Shown here one piece after another: positions 39,028 to 48,756 of a DNA stretch of 64,000 nt. The notes under the pieces were generated by a model. That model saw only the letters and a program-made list of their open reading frames with translations. It searched no databases and had not been told where the DNA came from. Position 1 is the stretch's first letter. The number at the start of each line of letters is the position of its first letter. The position numbers were made by a program, and so were the translations under genes. Origin of the DNA: a virus; IMG/VR virus record IMGVR_UViG_3300020473_002200, positions 64,001 to 128,000 of that record, one strand, 5' to 3'.

Positions 39028-39056
39028 TTGAAAATCTGTATTCAGATTTATACAAT
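39028..39056 (+). promoter_or_regulatory. Sigma70-like promoter TTGAAA-N17-TACAAT with an inverted repeat over the spacer
   Basis: -35 at 39028-39033, -10 at 39051-39056; AAATCTG-TATT-CAGATTT palindrome at 39032-39049; marks the boundary from structural to replication genes. Confidence 0.6.
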
Positions 39057-39061
39057 TATTC

Positions 39062-40228
39062 ATGAGACTGCTAATAGATAGATCACTTTTCGGGCAAAAT
39101 CGGTATCTTTTGCTAGATGGTAAAGAATACGCTTGGGTTGACAATAGCGATGTAGATCATGATCTGTTTTTAGATATTAACGAATCTAACACTCTAAATG
39201 AATATTTGAGGCTATACGATATTGATCCAATAGAATTTATAGACAAAAAGTATAAAGCAATGATGAATGTAGTTGCTGCGCATTCCCCAAACTGGAAATA
39301 CGTTTTACCGAAATCTGTTTATTCTAAAAAGCTAGATATTCTTAATACGTTCCTTGAGGACACATACCCTATTATCAATAAAGATAATTACGCAAAAACA
39401 TTAGAGGCCGGGAATTTTATATTAAGGCAGCTCGAGGAATTTAAGCCCAATAAAGAAGTATTAGGTTCTAAAATAGAAAATCCGACGATTAAAAAAATAA
39501 TACAATCTTTTACCCCGGGCAGTAATGGCTTAACTAAAAAGCTAACTTATGATAGGTTTAAAACCGTAACAGGTCGCTTGGTGGTGCAAAACGGACCGCA
39601 AGTATTACTTCTACCTAGACGTATGAAGAATATTTTTGAAAGCAGTTATTCCGAGGGTAAGATTTTATGGGTTGACTTTGTGTCTCTAGAGCCACGTTTT
39701 GCAAAATTGCTAACAAGCGACGTAGCTAAAAAAGACATTTACACAGATATAATAAAAGAATACGACTTGTCTTATAGCAGAGAAAAGGTGAAAGCAGCTG
39801 TTTTATCTACATTATTCGGCGCTGGTTTGTCAAAATTAACAGAAATTGTGGGTAAGGAAGCGTTTGTTATCAAAAAGGCGATAGATGAATATTTTAATCT
39901 CAAACATATTTTGTCTATGGCTGGTGATTATAGCAAGGGTAAGATCAAAAATTATTTTGGAAGACCTATTCCGCTTAAGAAGTTAACATCGAATGTCGCT
40001 GTAAATAACTTTATACAAAGTTCAAGTGTTGATGTGTCACTTATGGGATTTTCAAGCTTAATGAAGGATGCTAGGATGCCGAATACCGTAAAGCCACTTT
40101 GTATAATTCATGATGCGCTGGTGTTAGACGTTAAGAATAGTGATATAGAGCAAGTTTACAAGATAATTAATGAAGGGATAGATATTGAAAATGTTGGCCA
40201 TTTTTTTCTGGAGTGTGATATAATATGA
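39062..40228 (+). CDS. Minimal family A DNA polymerase domain (no exonuclease domains)
   Basis: TVTGRL, motif A DFVSLEPR, motif B REKVKAAVLSTLFG, NYFGR, NNFIQSS, motif C IIHDALV. Confidence 0.75.
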   Translation: MRLLIDRSLFGQNRYLLLDGKEYAWVDNSDVDHDLFLDINESNTLNEYLRLYDIDPIEFIDKKYKAMMNVVAAHSPNWKYVLPKSVYSKKLDILNTFLEDTYPIINKDNYAKTLEAGNFILRQLEEFKPNKEVLGSKIENPTIKKIIQSFTPGSNGLTKKLTYDRFKTVTGRLVVQNGPQVLLLPRRMKNIFESSYSEGKILWVDFVSLEPRFAKLLTSDVAKKDIYTDIIKEYDLSYSREKVKAAVLSTLFGAGLSKLTEIVGKEAFVIKKAIDEYFNLKHILSMAGDYSKGKIKNYFGRPIPLKKLTSNVAVNNFIQSSSVDVSLMGFSSLMKDARMPNTVKPLCIIHDALVLDVKNSDIEQVYKIINEGIDIENVGHFFLECDII

Positions 40229-40722
40229 AAGTTTCTATTAAAGATGTTGTGCTAGACATTCTTTCTGAAGAGAAAGAAGAAGGCAATGAACCGAAAAAAG
40301 AAAAGAAGCTAAAACCTGGTGTAGAGGCTTCAACTGGATCTGGTAGATTTTCTGCTGGTGTTAATGAGGCCGGTGCCCTTGCCAAAGAAGATCCGAAGCA
40401 ATTAATGAAAAATCTGCAAATAAGATCTGCTACGGGTGGAAATGATATCGAAAGAGTGAAGGTGTTGCTCAAGCAGGCATTTGTCGGTGCTGATGCAATG
40501 AAGGCGGTATACACATCGCTAAAGACTGTTACTAAAGGAGAAAAAACTGGGTTACGTGTAGATATCTCTGAGATTAAAGTGCGAGACGGTATAAAGTACT
40601 TATATCATACACTAGTTGGAGCAAGAAGCGCCGGGATCCTAGACTTAGATTCATTAGTACAAATAGAAAATGATTCAGGAAGCGTTATTATTTACTCTGG
40701 AGAAAAAAAGACTTGGCAATGA
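40225..40722 (+). CDS. Hypothetical protein
   Basis: Starts MKVSIKDVVLDILSEE; overlaps both neighbours. Confidence 0.55.
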   Translation: MKVSIKDVVLDILSEEKEEGNEPKKEKKLKPGVEASTGSGRFSAGVNEAGALAKEDPKQLMKNLQIRSATGGNDIERVKVLLKQAFVGADAMKAVYTSLKTVTKGEKTGLRVDISEIKVRDGIKYLYHTLVGARSAGILDLDSLVQIENDSGSVIIYSGEKKTWQ

Positions 40723-41537
40723 TTATAGATAGCAAAAAAGAAGTTATAGAATTAAAAAATCTTAGTGATTTATCTGCTCTTGAAACCCATTCTTCAATGG
40801 ATGATATCGCTGTGATCCTATGTAGCATCGTGACAACCTCTTTAAGCCCTACTACGGGTGATATATTAAGGATTAATTTGAAGCTTTGCCATATTAATAA
40901 AGACGGAAATTTCACAAAACATAGGAATGTAGCATCATTTTTTGAAGATCCAAAAAGGGAATTATCGAATGAAGAATCTCAATTTTTAGATTTTTCTATT
41001 AGCGACAAGAATGGCTCAAGCATAAATTGGGAATTAATATCTGGGTTGTTACAGAAAGCTGAATTAGTAATCGCTCATAATGCGGCATTCGTAAAGCCGT
41101 GGATAGAAAAATATACTGGGAATATGGATGTATTATGGGGTTGTAGCATGGATCAAGTTAATTGGGCTGAGATGGGATTTCCGTCAAGAAGTCTAAATGT
41201 ATTATCAGTATTTTCTGGCTTTTTTTATGATTTTAAAAATTCTGCTTCTACCTTAGACGCCTTAACTCATGTGTTAAGCTTAAACAATTCAACAAAAAAT
41301 CTAATAATAAAAGCCAAGTCTCCTGATCTCCAAATATTCGCAGCAAATGCTCCTAGGGAGCTAAATCACTTGCTGAAAGAAAGACGATATCGCTGGAATC
41401 CCGATGTTGGAAGTTGGTGGCTGGGACTAGAAAACACAGAGCAAGGAGAGCTTGAATCGAAATGGTTATCGAATAATTTACCCGGTACGGAACCACAAAT
41501 TTTCGAAATTGATCCTAAATTCAGATTTTCAAGATAA
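40713..41537 (+). CDS. DnaQ/epsilon-like DEDDh exonuclease homolog, catalytic residues degenerate
   Basis: Fold landmarks AELVIAHNAAF, WGCSM..V.W...GF and C-terminal LK.R.YRW....SW, but ExoI, II and III acids are replaced. Confidence 0.65.
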   Translation: MAMIIDSKKEVIELKNLSDLSALETHSSMDDIAVILCSIVTTSLSPTTGDILRINLKLCHINKDGNFTKHRNVASFFEDPKRELSNEESQFLDFSISDKNGSSINWELISGLLQKAELVIAHNAAFVKPWIEKYTGNMDVLWGCSMDQVNWAEMGFPSRSLNVLSVFSGFFYDFKNSASTLDALTHVLSLNNSTKNLIIKAKSPDLQIFAANAPRELNHLLKERRYRWNPDVGSWWLGLENTEQGELESKWLSNNLPGTEPQIFEIDPKFRFSR

Positions 41538-41545
41538 TTAATATT

Positions 41546-41782
41546 ATGAACACTAAGCTTATTAGAGAATTTATACGACTTTTTTTAGAGAGATCAAGCG
41601 ATGTACTCGGTGAACCTGACCTCTCAAACCAAGAGGAAAGAGAAAAAGAGAAAAAAGATTCTGAGAAAGATGAAATGTCTGTTGCTGCTGGTATGCCTGG
41701 TGTTTCCACACCGCTAGGTACTGGACCGACCTACCCTGCTAAAATTGTCAAAAAGAATAAGAAAAGACAAAAAAAGAAATAG
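41546..41782 (+). CDS. Small hypothetical protein with basic C-terminus
   Basis: MNTKLIREFIRLFLE N-terminus, GMPGVSTPLGTGPTYP, poly-Lys tail. Confidence 0.55.
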   Translation: MNTKLIREFIRLFLERSSDVLGEPDLSNQEEREKEKKDSEKDEMSVAAGMPGVSTPLGTGPTYPAKIVKKNKKRQKKK

Positions 41783-41790
41783 CATCTATT

Positions 41791-41819
41791 CTGAAAACCC
41801 TTCAATTCGGTAATATAAT
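41791..41819 (+). promoter_or_regulatory. Sigma70-like promoter CTGAAA-N17-TATAAT upstream of the SSB gene
   Basis: -35 at 41791-41796, -10 at 41814-41819. Confidence 0.45.
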
Positions 41820-41866
41820 CATAATACAGTTGATAAGTTGCCAATTTAAAAATATGGAGGTGAACC

Positions 41867-42664
41867 ATGGCAGTAGATTTTGAAGCAATTAGAAGAAAGT
41901 TAAACCAACTTAGCGGTCAAGGGAATAAGCGCAATGCAATGTGGCGACCGCAAGAGGGAGAAGAAGTTACAGTACGTATTCTGTCATTTCCCAATAATGA
42001 TGACGGTCTACCTTTTACTGAGCGTTGGTTTTATTACAACATCGGTAATAACCCAGGCCTACTAGCGCCATATCAGTTTAGTAAGCCAGATCCGATTCAG
42101 GATCTTATTAATAAGCTTCGTGATGAAGGCACAAAGGAGTCTTATGAGCTAGCCAAGAAGCTTTATCCGAAGCCTAGATATTACGCGCCTGTAGTTGTTA
42201 GAGGTGAAGAAGATAAGGGGATTAGGGTTTGGTCTTTTGGTAAGATGGTATATCAATCTTTGTTGAATATTATGTTAGACGAAGACTATGGCGATATTAC
42301 TGATGTCGCTGAAGGACGAGATGTTAAGGTGATTTGTACAAAGGCGCCAGGTCGAATGTGGGCAACTACAGAAGTTCGTCCTCGGGGCAAACAAAGCAAG
42401 CTGTCAGACAATAATAAGCAAATTGAGAACTGGGTTTCTAGTATTCCGAACTTGGATGATATGTACTCACTTAAGTCCAGCGAGGAACTTGAGAAAATTA
42501 TAAATGATTGGCTAAATGGCGATCTAGAAGACTCAAGCACTGAAAGTACAGGTACCACAAGAAATACCAACTTTCAGAGTAATAATACCAGCGCAAATAC
42601 AGAGACACAAAAGAAATTTAACAGTCTGGATGACGCGTTCGCAGACTTAGAGAGCGATTTTTAA
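41867..42664 (+). CDS. gp32: Single-stranded DNA binding protein (T4 gp32-like)
   Basis: WRP..G...VRIL.FP, VVRGEE..G...W.FGK, YGDITD...GRD and acidic DDAFADLESDF tail; GGAGGTG SD. Confidence 0.82.
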   Translation: MAVDFEAIRRKLNQLSGQGNKRNAMWRPQEGEEVTVRILSFPNNDDGLPFTERWFYYNIGNNPGLLAPYQFSKPDPIQDLINKLRDEGTKESYELAKKLYPKPRYYAPVVVRGEEDKGIRVWSFGKMVYQSLLNIMLDEDYGDITDVAEGRDVKVICTKAPGRMWATTEVRPRGKQSKLSDNNKQIENWVSSIPNLDDMYSLKSSEELEKIINDWLNGDLEDSSTESTGTTRNTNFQSNNTSANTETQKKFNSLDDAFADLESDF

Positions 42665-42677
42665 AAGAGGATTTTAA

Positions 42678-43871
42678 ATGGCAAAAAGAAAGTCTAAGAA
42701 TCAAACTGACGACTTTACTTCTGACCTAATTTCTTCATTAAATAAAGAGCATGGATCTAAGGTTGCATATAACCTGCATACCGATTCATCTCCGACACAT
42801 GTGAAGAGGTGGGTAAGTACAGGTTCAAAACAGCTTGATTATATTATTTCAAATAAAAGAGAAGGTGGATTGCCTGAGGGTCGGATCATAGAAATTTTTG
42901 GTCCGCCCTCAATTGGCAAATCGCACATCGCGATACAGATAGCTAGATCAACCCAGCAAATGGGCGGTATAGTTGTTTATATAGACACAGAGAACGCAAC
43001 TAGCGTTGAAAATTTAGGTCTACTAGGTGTTGACATAACAAAGCGTTTCGTGTACGTTGATACGCATTGCACAGAAGAGGTCTTGTCCATTGCCGAAGCT
43101 ACAATTATGAAGGCAAAAGCAATGGACAAAGATGTACCCATTACTATTATATGGGATTCAGTTGCTGCTTCATCTCCAAAAGCGGAGTTGGTTGGTGATT
43201 ATGATCAAAACTCTATCGGACTACAGGCTCGAGCTATTTCGAAAGGTATGAGAAAAATTACAGGTGTAATAGGTCAAACTAATACATTGCTGATTTGTTT
43301 AAATCAAATTAGGACTAATATCGGGGTTATGTATGGTGATCCGACAACTACGCCGGGTGGAAAAGCAATTCCATTTCATTCTTCTGTAAGAATCAAGCTT
43401 GGTGCAGGTCAGCGGATAGAGAATAAGAAAAAAGAAGTAATTGGCATCAACGTTTCTGCGAAAACGATAAAAAATAAGGTTGCACCCCCATTCAGGACTG
43501 TAAATTTTGAGATTCACTTTGGGAAAGGTATTGTTGAGCACGAGCAGGTGTTCGATGAACTTAGGAAAGCGGGTCCAGCGATAGTTGGAGATAACAAGAT
43601 AGAGTTAGCAGGTACCGGCGCGTGGAAATCTTTGCTTGTACATAATCAGAAAACCGGTGAAGTATTGGCTGAGAAGAAATTTTATAAATCTGATTTTGGG
43701 GAGCTGTGGAGTAATCCAGATCACAAAGGTTATATAGACGACTTGCTTGAAGCAACAATGGTCAGAAAAATGTCAGACCCAAAGTCTGTCGATATTGATC
43801 CAGAGTCTTATGAGGAGATTAGATCAATATCGCTAGAGGCTGGTGACGACTTTATGGAATTGGATACGTGA
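42678..43871 (+). CDS. recA: RecA/UvsX recombinase
   Basis: GGLPEGRIIEIFGPPSIGKS, YIDTENA, IIWDSVAA, LNQIR, TTPGGKAIPFHSSVRI, KNKVAPPF. Confidence 0.95.
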   Translation: MAKRKSKNQTDDFTSDLISSLNKEHGSKVAYNLHTDSSPTHVKRWVSTGSKQLDYIISNKREGGLPEGRIIEIFGPPSIGKSHIAIQIARSTQQMGGIVVYIDTENATSVENLGLLGVDITKRFVYVDTHCTEEVLSIAEATIMKAKAMDKDVPITIIWDSVAASSPKAELVGDYDQNSIGLQARAISKGMRKITGVIGQTNTLLICLNQIRTNIGVMYGDPTTTPGGKAIPFHSSVRIKLGAGQRIENKKKEVIGINVSAKTIKNKVAPPFRTVNFEIHFGKGIVEHEQVFDELRKAGPAIVGDNKIELAGTGAWKSLLVHNQKTGEVLAEKKFYKSDFGELWSNPDHKGYIDDLLEATMVRKMSDPKSVDIDPESYEEIRSISLEAGDDFMELDT

Positions 43872-44830
43872 AGCAATTTGCAAGACCGCTACTTATAATC
43901 GACTCGTTGAATCTTTTTACAAGACACTTTATTGCAAACCCAACAATTTCAGAAAATGGTAATCATATTGGAGGTATTGTTGGGTTTCTAAAAGCTATCC
44001 AGCTTTTGTCTGAGAGGTTCTCTCCTTCAGACATATATGTTGTATGGGAAGGAGGAGGATCGCCTCGCAGAAGAGCGATACAGTCTTCTTATAAGGATAT
44101 GCGACGCCCACAAAGGTTAAACAGATTTTACTCTGAAGATGAGATCCCAGACACTTTTGAAAATAGAAATTGGCAAATTGCTACAATTATAAAGCTTTTA
44201 AACAAAGCTGCAGTAAGACAATTTTACGTATCTGATTGCGAGGCGGATGATATTATCGCGTATATGTGTAATGATGTATTTTCAGAAAAGGAAAAAATCA
44301 TTATATCTTCTGATAAAGATCTCTATCAGTTAATCGATAAAAATACATTACAGTGGTCTCCTGGTCAAAAAAGAATAATCGATAGAAATAGTGTGAAACA
44401 AAAATTTGAAATATACCCTGAAAATTTTTGTTTGGTTAGGAGTTTTGTGGGAGATCCCTCTGATAATCTCCAGGGTATAAAAGGTGCTGGGTTTAAGAGT
44501 ATGGTTAAGAGGTTTCCAGAAATTAATGAAAGCAGCTTACTAATAGATGATCTAATTAAGTTAGCTGAGGCAAAAAGCCAGCATAGCAAATTGAAGCTTT
44601 ATTCAGAGATTGCGAATAACTCAGAAATACCAAGAAACAACTGGAGGCTTATGAATTTAGGTATCAGAAATTTGTCGGCATTTCAAATTCAAAAAATAGA
44701 TAGTTCTTTAGAGAATATTCATGATAAAAAAAGAGATAAACTTGGGTTTATTCGTGAACAAAATAGAATTGGTGTTAAAAATTTTGATGTAGAAAGATTC
44801 TTCTTAGCAATTAGGAATTTAGGTCGATAA
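43868..44830 (+). CDS. 5'-3' exonuclease / flap endonuclease (Pol I N-terminal, T4 RNase H-like)
   Basis: LLIIDSLN, EADDIIA, ISSDKDLYQL, GDPSDNLQGIKGAG (H3TH) motifs; GTG start. Confidence 0.9.
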   Translation: MKQFARPLLIIDSLNLFTRHFIANPTISENGNHIGGIVGFLKAIQLLSERFSPSDIYVVWEGGGSPRRRAIQSSYKDMRRPQRLNRFYSEDEIPDTFENRNWQIATIIKLLNKAAVRQFYVSDCEADDIIAYMCNDVFSEKEKIIISSDKDLYQLIDKNTLQWSPGQKRIIDRNSVKQKFEIYPENFCLVRSFVGDPSDNLQGIKGAGFKSMVKRFPEINESSLLIDDLIKLAEAKSQHSKLKLYSEIANNSEIPRNNWRLMNLGIRNLSAFQIQKIDSSLENIHDKKRDKLGFIREQNRIGVKNFDVERFFLAIRNLGR

Positions 44831-46236
44831 TGGAAAATAACGCATACGAAGCAGATGTCTTAGAACATGTCCCATCTGGACAGTTTTCAAAATATAACAA
44901 GCAATTTCAAGAAAAAATCTTACAAGGTCTTTTGACTGATCATAATTGGGCCGCTCAAATGGTGGAGGTTATGAGATACGATTTTTTTGAACTTGTTTAT
45001 CTAAAGTTCTTATGCGAAAAATATTTTAATTATTATTTTAGATATAAGTGCTTTCCAACAACTCAGCTCTTAATATCGATTATTAAAGAGTCATTTCAAG
45101 AAGAGAATGATGACTTATTAAAAAATCAAGTTATAGATTTTTTGCATAGAATGAAAAGGAACCCGAACCCAGGTGATGTTGCGTACGTAAAGGAAAAGAT
45201 TCTTGACTTTTGCAAGAGGCAAGCGTTTAAAGAGGCACTCGAGAAATCAGTAGAGCTAATTTCTGAAGATAAATTTGATCATGTTCTTACATTGATGAAG
45301 AACGCTGTATCAATTGGTTTGCCAAATTCGGCTGGTCATGATTTTTTTGAAGATATTGAGGCCCGCTTTATAAAGATTAATAGACAGGTATGTCCAACTG
45401 GTATACAAAAACTCGACGCGTCTGATGTCCTTAATGGTGGGCTCGGCCGTGGAGAAATTGGGATCGTTACTGCAAATACTGGTGTTGGTAAATCACATTG
45501 GCTAGTTGCAATGGGCGCCAACGCGATGCGTGTAGGAAAAAATGTTTTACATTATACATTTGAGCTAACCGAACAGGCTGTTGGATTAAGATATGATTCG
45601 AACCTTTGTGGGATCAATTCGTCAGATGTAATTAACCAGAAAGAAAAAGTGATTAATTTTTACGAAAGCAACGAGGATCTTGGGAGATTAATAATAAAAG
45701 AATATCCCACAAATTCTGCTTCTGTTGTTACGATAAGAAATCATATCGATAAACTTTTGTTAAGAGGATTTAAGCCAAGTGTGATTATAATAGACTATGC
45801 AGATATTATGAGATCAACCAGAGCCTATGATTCATTACGGCATGAGCTTAAATTAATTTATGAAGAACTTCGAAATCTTGCGATGGAAATGAGTATCCCG
45901 ATTTGGACTGCGTCACAAGCAAACCGCGATTCTGCAAATTCTGATATTGTCGGGCTTGAAAATATGTCTGAAGCATATGGCAAGGCGATGGTCGCTGATT
46001 TTGTCGTTTCTTTATCTAGAAAACCAATGGAAAAAGCCACTGGCCATGGTCGCTTATTTGTCGCTAAAAATAGAGCTGGAAAGGACGGAATCGTTTTTCC
46101 TGTTCACATAGACACAAGTATGTCTAAAATTGAAATATTGGATGAAGAAGTCCAAACTTTGTCTGAGGCAGTTCAAAGCGACGAAAAGGTGATGAAGGAA
46201 AATCTAAAAAAGAAGTGGGATGAGCTAAAGGGTTAG
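44830..46236 (+). CDS. gp41: Replicative DnaB-like helicase (T4 gp41-like)
   Basis: ANTGVGKSH Walker A, YTFEL, IKEYPT, IIIDYADIM, WTASQANR, KNRAG.DG. Confidence 0.92.
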   Translation: MENNAYEADVLEHVPSGQFSKYNKQFQEKILQGLLTDHNWAAQMVEVMRYDFFELVYLKFLCEKYFNYYFRYKCFPTTQLLISIIKESFQEENDDLLKNQVIDFLHRMKRNPNPGDVAYVKEKILDFCKRQAFKEALEKSVELISEDKFDHVLTLMKNAVSIGLPNSAGHDFFEDIEARFIKINRQVCPTGIQKLDASDVLNGGLGRGEIGIVTANTGVGKSHWLVAMGANAMRVGKNVLHYTFELTEQAVGLRYDSNLCGINSSDVINQKEKVINFYESNEDLGRLIIKEYPTNSASVVTIRNHIDKLLLRGFKPSVIIIDYADIMRSTRAYDSLRHELKLIYEELRNLAMEMSIPIWTASQANRDSANSDIVGLENMSEAYGKAMVADFVVSLSRKPMEKATGHGRLFVAKNRAGKDGIVFPVHIDTSMSKIEILDEEVQTLSEAVQSDEKVMKENLKKKWDELKG

Positions 46237-46248
46237 TTAGGAGAAAAA

Positions 46249-48744
46249 ATGGGAAATTTCGAAAAAGCACTATCAGAAAGCCTAGAATACTTTGGTGGGG
46301 ATGAGTTAGCGGCAAACGTTTTTGTAACAAAATACGCTTTAACAGACCGAGATGGGAATATTTTAGAAACAAATCCTGAACAGATGCATCGCCGATTAGC
46401 TAGCGAATTTCATAGAATAGAATCCAGATATAAAAATCCGCTAACGCAAAAAGAGATATTCGAGTTATTTGATCAGTTTAAGTACGTTGTGCCTCAAGGT
46501 TCACCAATGTCCGGTATTGGAAATCAGTTTCAGGTACAATCAATTTCAAATTGCTTTGTGATTGAAAGCCCGTTTGACTCCTATGGCGGAATTTTGAAAG
46601 TAGATCAGGAATTAGTCCAAATTGCTAAACGCCGCGGCGGAGTTGGATTTGATGTATCGACTATTCGCCCAAAGGGCCAAGCCACGGGTAACTGCGCGAG
46701 GACCACAGATGGGATTGAAGTATTCATGGATAGGTTCTCAAACTCCTGTCGAGAGGTAGCCCAGAACGGCCGTCGTGGGGCTCTAATGTTAACAATATCT
46801 GTCCATCACCCACAGGTTTTAGACTTTATAAAAATTAAAAGGGACTTGAAGCGCGTTACAGGCGCCAACATTAGTGTTCGATTAACTGATGAGTTTATGA
46901 AAGCTGTAAAAGAAGAAAAAGAAGTCCAATTACGCTGGCCAGTAGACAGTAAGAGTCCTGATGTTTCGAAGATGGCGTCGGCTAACGAGATTTGGGATCA
47001 AATTATAGAGTCAGCTCACGCCTGCGCTGAACCTGGTATTTTATTCTGGGATACAGCGAAATCAATGACTCCAGCAGACATATACACAGCTGATGGTTTT
47101 GGATCAACCTCTACAAATCCTTGTGGGGAAATTATCCTTTCTCCCTATGACAGCTGCCGTCTAATGTTAGTAAATTTAACTTCGTTTGTAGATTCAGCGT
47201 TTACCAAGAGCGCAAAATTTGATTGGGATAAATTTTCCGAAGTTGTAATAAAGACACAAAGATTAATGGACGATATGATCGATTTAGAGCTTGAGCAAAT
47301 CGATAAAATTATTAATAAGATTGAATCTGATCCTGAGCCTAGTCACGTAAAAGCTATTGAGTTGGATATGTGGAATAATGTAAAAAGTCGAGCTATTCAA
47401 GGTCGTAGAACGGGATTAGGAATTACTGGTTTGGGTGATATGTTGGCTTCTTTAGGCATTACGTATGGATCAAAAGAATCAATCAAGATGACTGAAGAAG
47501 TATATTCGAATCTAGCAACCAGCGCTTATAAATCTTCGTGCATTCTTGCAAAAGAAAGAGGCTCATTTCCAGTCCACGATCATAATCTTGAAAAGGATCA
47601 TCCATTCTTAAGTCGTATTTGGGAAAAAGATCCTGAAATCCTTGAGTTAAGTAAAAAGTTCGGTAGAAGAAATATCGCAATTACAACTACAGCGCCAGCA
47701 GGTTCAGTATCAGTATTAACACAAACTACATCTGGAATCGAACCTGCGTTTATGCTTCATTATATGAGAAGAAAAAAATTAACTGAAAATGATTTAGACG
47801 GTCGAGTTGATTTTACGGATGATAGTGGCGATAAGTGGCAAGAATATACAGTATACCATCATGGTTTCAAAAAATGGATGGAGACTCTTTCACCAGACAC
47901 GGTGGATACAACAAACAACGATAAGCTGGTTAAATTAAGCCCATATTCAGGCGCAACAGCGAATGAAATTGATTGGGTCGCAAAAGTTAAAATGCAAGCC
48001 GCGGCTCAAAAATGGGTTTGCCATGCAATTTCTAATACAACAAATCTGCCAGCAGACACTAGTATCGAGACTGTTAAAAGCGTATATATGGCAGGATGGG
48101 AAAGCGGTTGCAAAGGGGTGACCATTTATCGCGATGGTTGTAGAACGGGCGTACTCGTCAGTAATGAAGCCCCAGATATTTCTGAGCAAAAAATCCAAAA
48201 TATTAACGCACCTAGGCGCCCAGAGACTTTGTCATGTGAAATACATAGATCACAAGTTAAAGGTGAGGCGTGGACGATATTAATTGGTTTAATGGACGGT
48301 AGGCCCTACGAAGTCCTAGGTGGTAAGTCGGAGTTTATAGAGATTCCAGCGGCTTATAGTTCTGGTAAAATTACAAAGCGTGTCAGAAAGACTATGCCGT
48401 CTAAATATGATTTACACTTTGGCGAAAATGGGAACGAAGTAGTTGTTAAAGATATTGTAAAGGTTTTTGATAATCCTGATCATGCTGGGTTTACGAGAAT
48501 TATTTCTTTGGCTTTGCGCCATGGCGCACCTATTCACTATATCGTTGAGCAACTACAAAAAGATAGAGACGCTCATTTATTTTCATTTGCACGAGTTGTA
48601 TCCAGGGTGTTAAAAAAGTATATAAATGACGGCACAATCCCAGGTGGGAGCAGAGTGTGTCCTGAATGTGGGGCAGAAGACTCTATGAAGTACCAAGAGG
48701 GGTGTGTTGCATGTACCTCTTGTGGCTATTCCAAGTGTTCTTAA
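46249..48744 (+). CDS. nrdJ: Class II (adenosylcobalamin-dependent) ribonucleotide reductase
   Basis: SNCFV, TNPCGEI, APAGSVS, GIEP, ISNTTNLP, class II KGVTIYRDG, C-terminal CPECG...CxxC zinc ribbon. Confidence 0.92.
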   Translation: MGNFEKALSESLEYFGGDELAANVFVTKYALTDRDGNILETNPEQMHRRLASEFHRIESRYKNPLTQKEIFELFDQFKYVVPQGSPMSGIGNQFQVQSISNCFVIESPFDSYGGILKVDQELVQIAKRRGGVGFDVSTIRPKGQATGNCARTTDGIEVFMDRFSNSCREVAQNGRRGALMLTISVHHPQVLDFIKIKRDLKRVTGANISVRLTDEFMKAVKEEKEVQLRWPVDSKSPDVSKMASANEIWDQIIESAHACAEPGILFWDTAKSMTPADIYTADGFGSTSTNPCGEIILSPYDSCRLMLVNLTSFVDSAFTKSAKFDWDKFSEVVIKTQRLMDDMIDLELEQIDKIINKIESDPEPSHVKAIELDMWNNVKSRAIQGRRTGLGITGLGDMLASLGITYGSKESIKMTEEVYSNLATSAYKSSCILAKERGSFPVHDHNLEKDHPFLSRIWEKDPEILELSKKFGRRNIAITTTAPAGSVSVLTQTTSGIEPAFMLHYMRRKKLTENDLDGRVDFTDDSGDKWQEYTVYHHGFKKWMETLSPDTVDTTNNDKLVKLSPYSGATANEIDWVAKVKMQAAAQKWVCHAISNTTNLPADTSIETVKSVYMAGWESGCKGVTIYRDGCRTGVLVSNEAPDISEQKIQNINAPRRPETLSCEIHRSQVKGEAWTILIGLMDGRPYEVLGGKSEFIEIPAAYSSGKITKRVRKTMPSKYDLHFGENGNEVVVKDIVKVFDNPDHAGFTRIISLALRHGAPIHYIVEQLQKDRDAHLFSFARVVSRVLKKYINDGTIPGGSRVCPECGAEDSMKYQEGCVACTSCGYSKCS

Positions 48745-48756
48745 GGAGAGTAAAAT

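Noticed and set aside
40216-40227. Extended -10 promoter TGATATAAT
   Set aside because: It abuts the ATG at 40225 directly, lies inside the PolA coding end, and has no -35.
46249-48744. Class I RNR alpha subunit
   Set aside because: It has the class II KGVTIYRDG signature, lacks the C-terminal YY radical relay, and no NrdB gene is adjacent.
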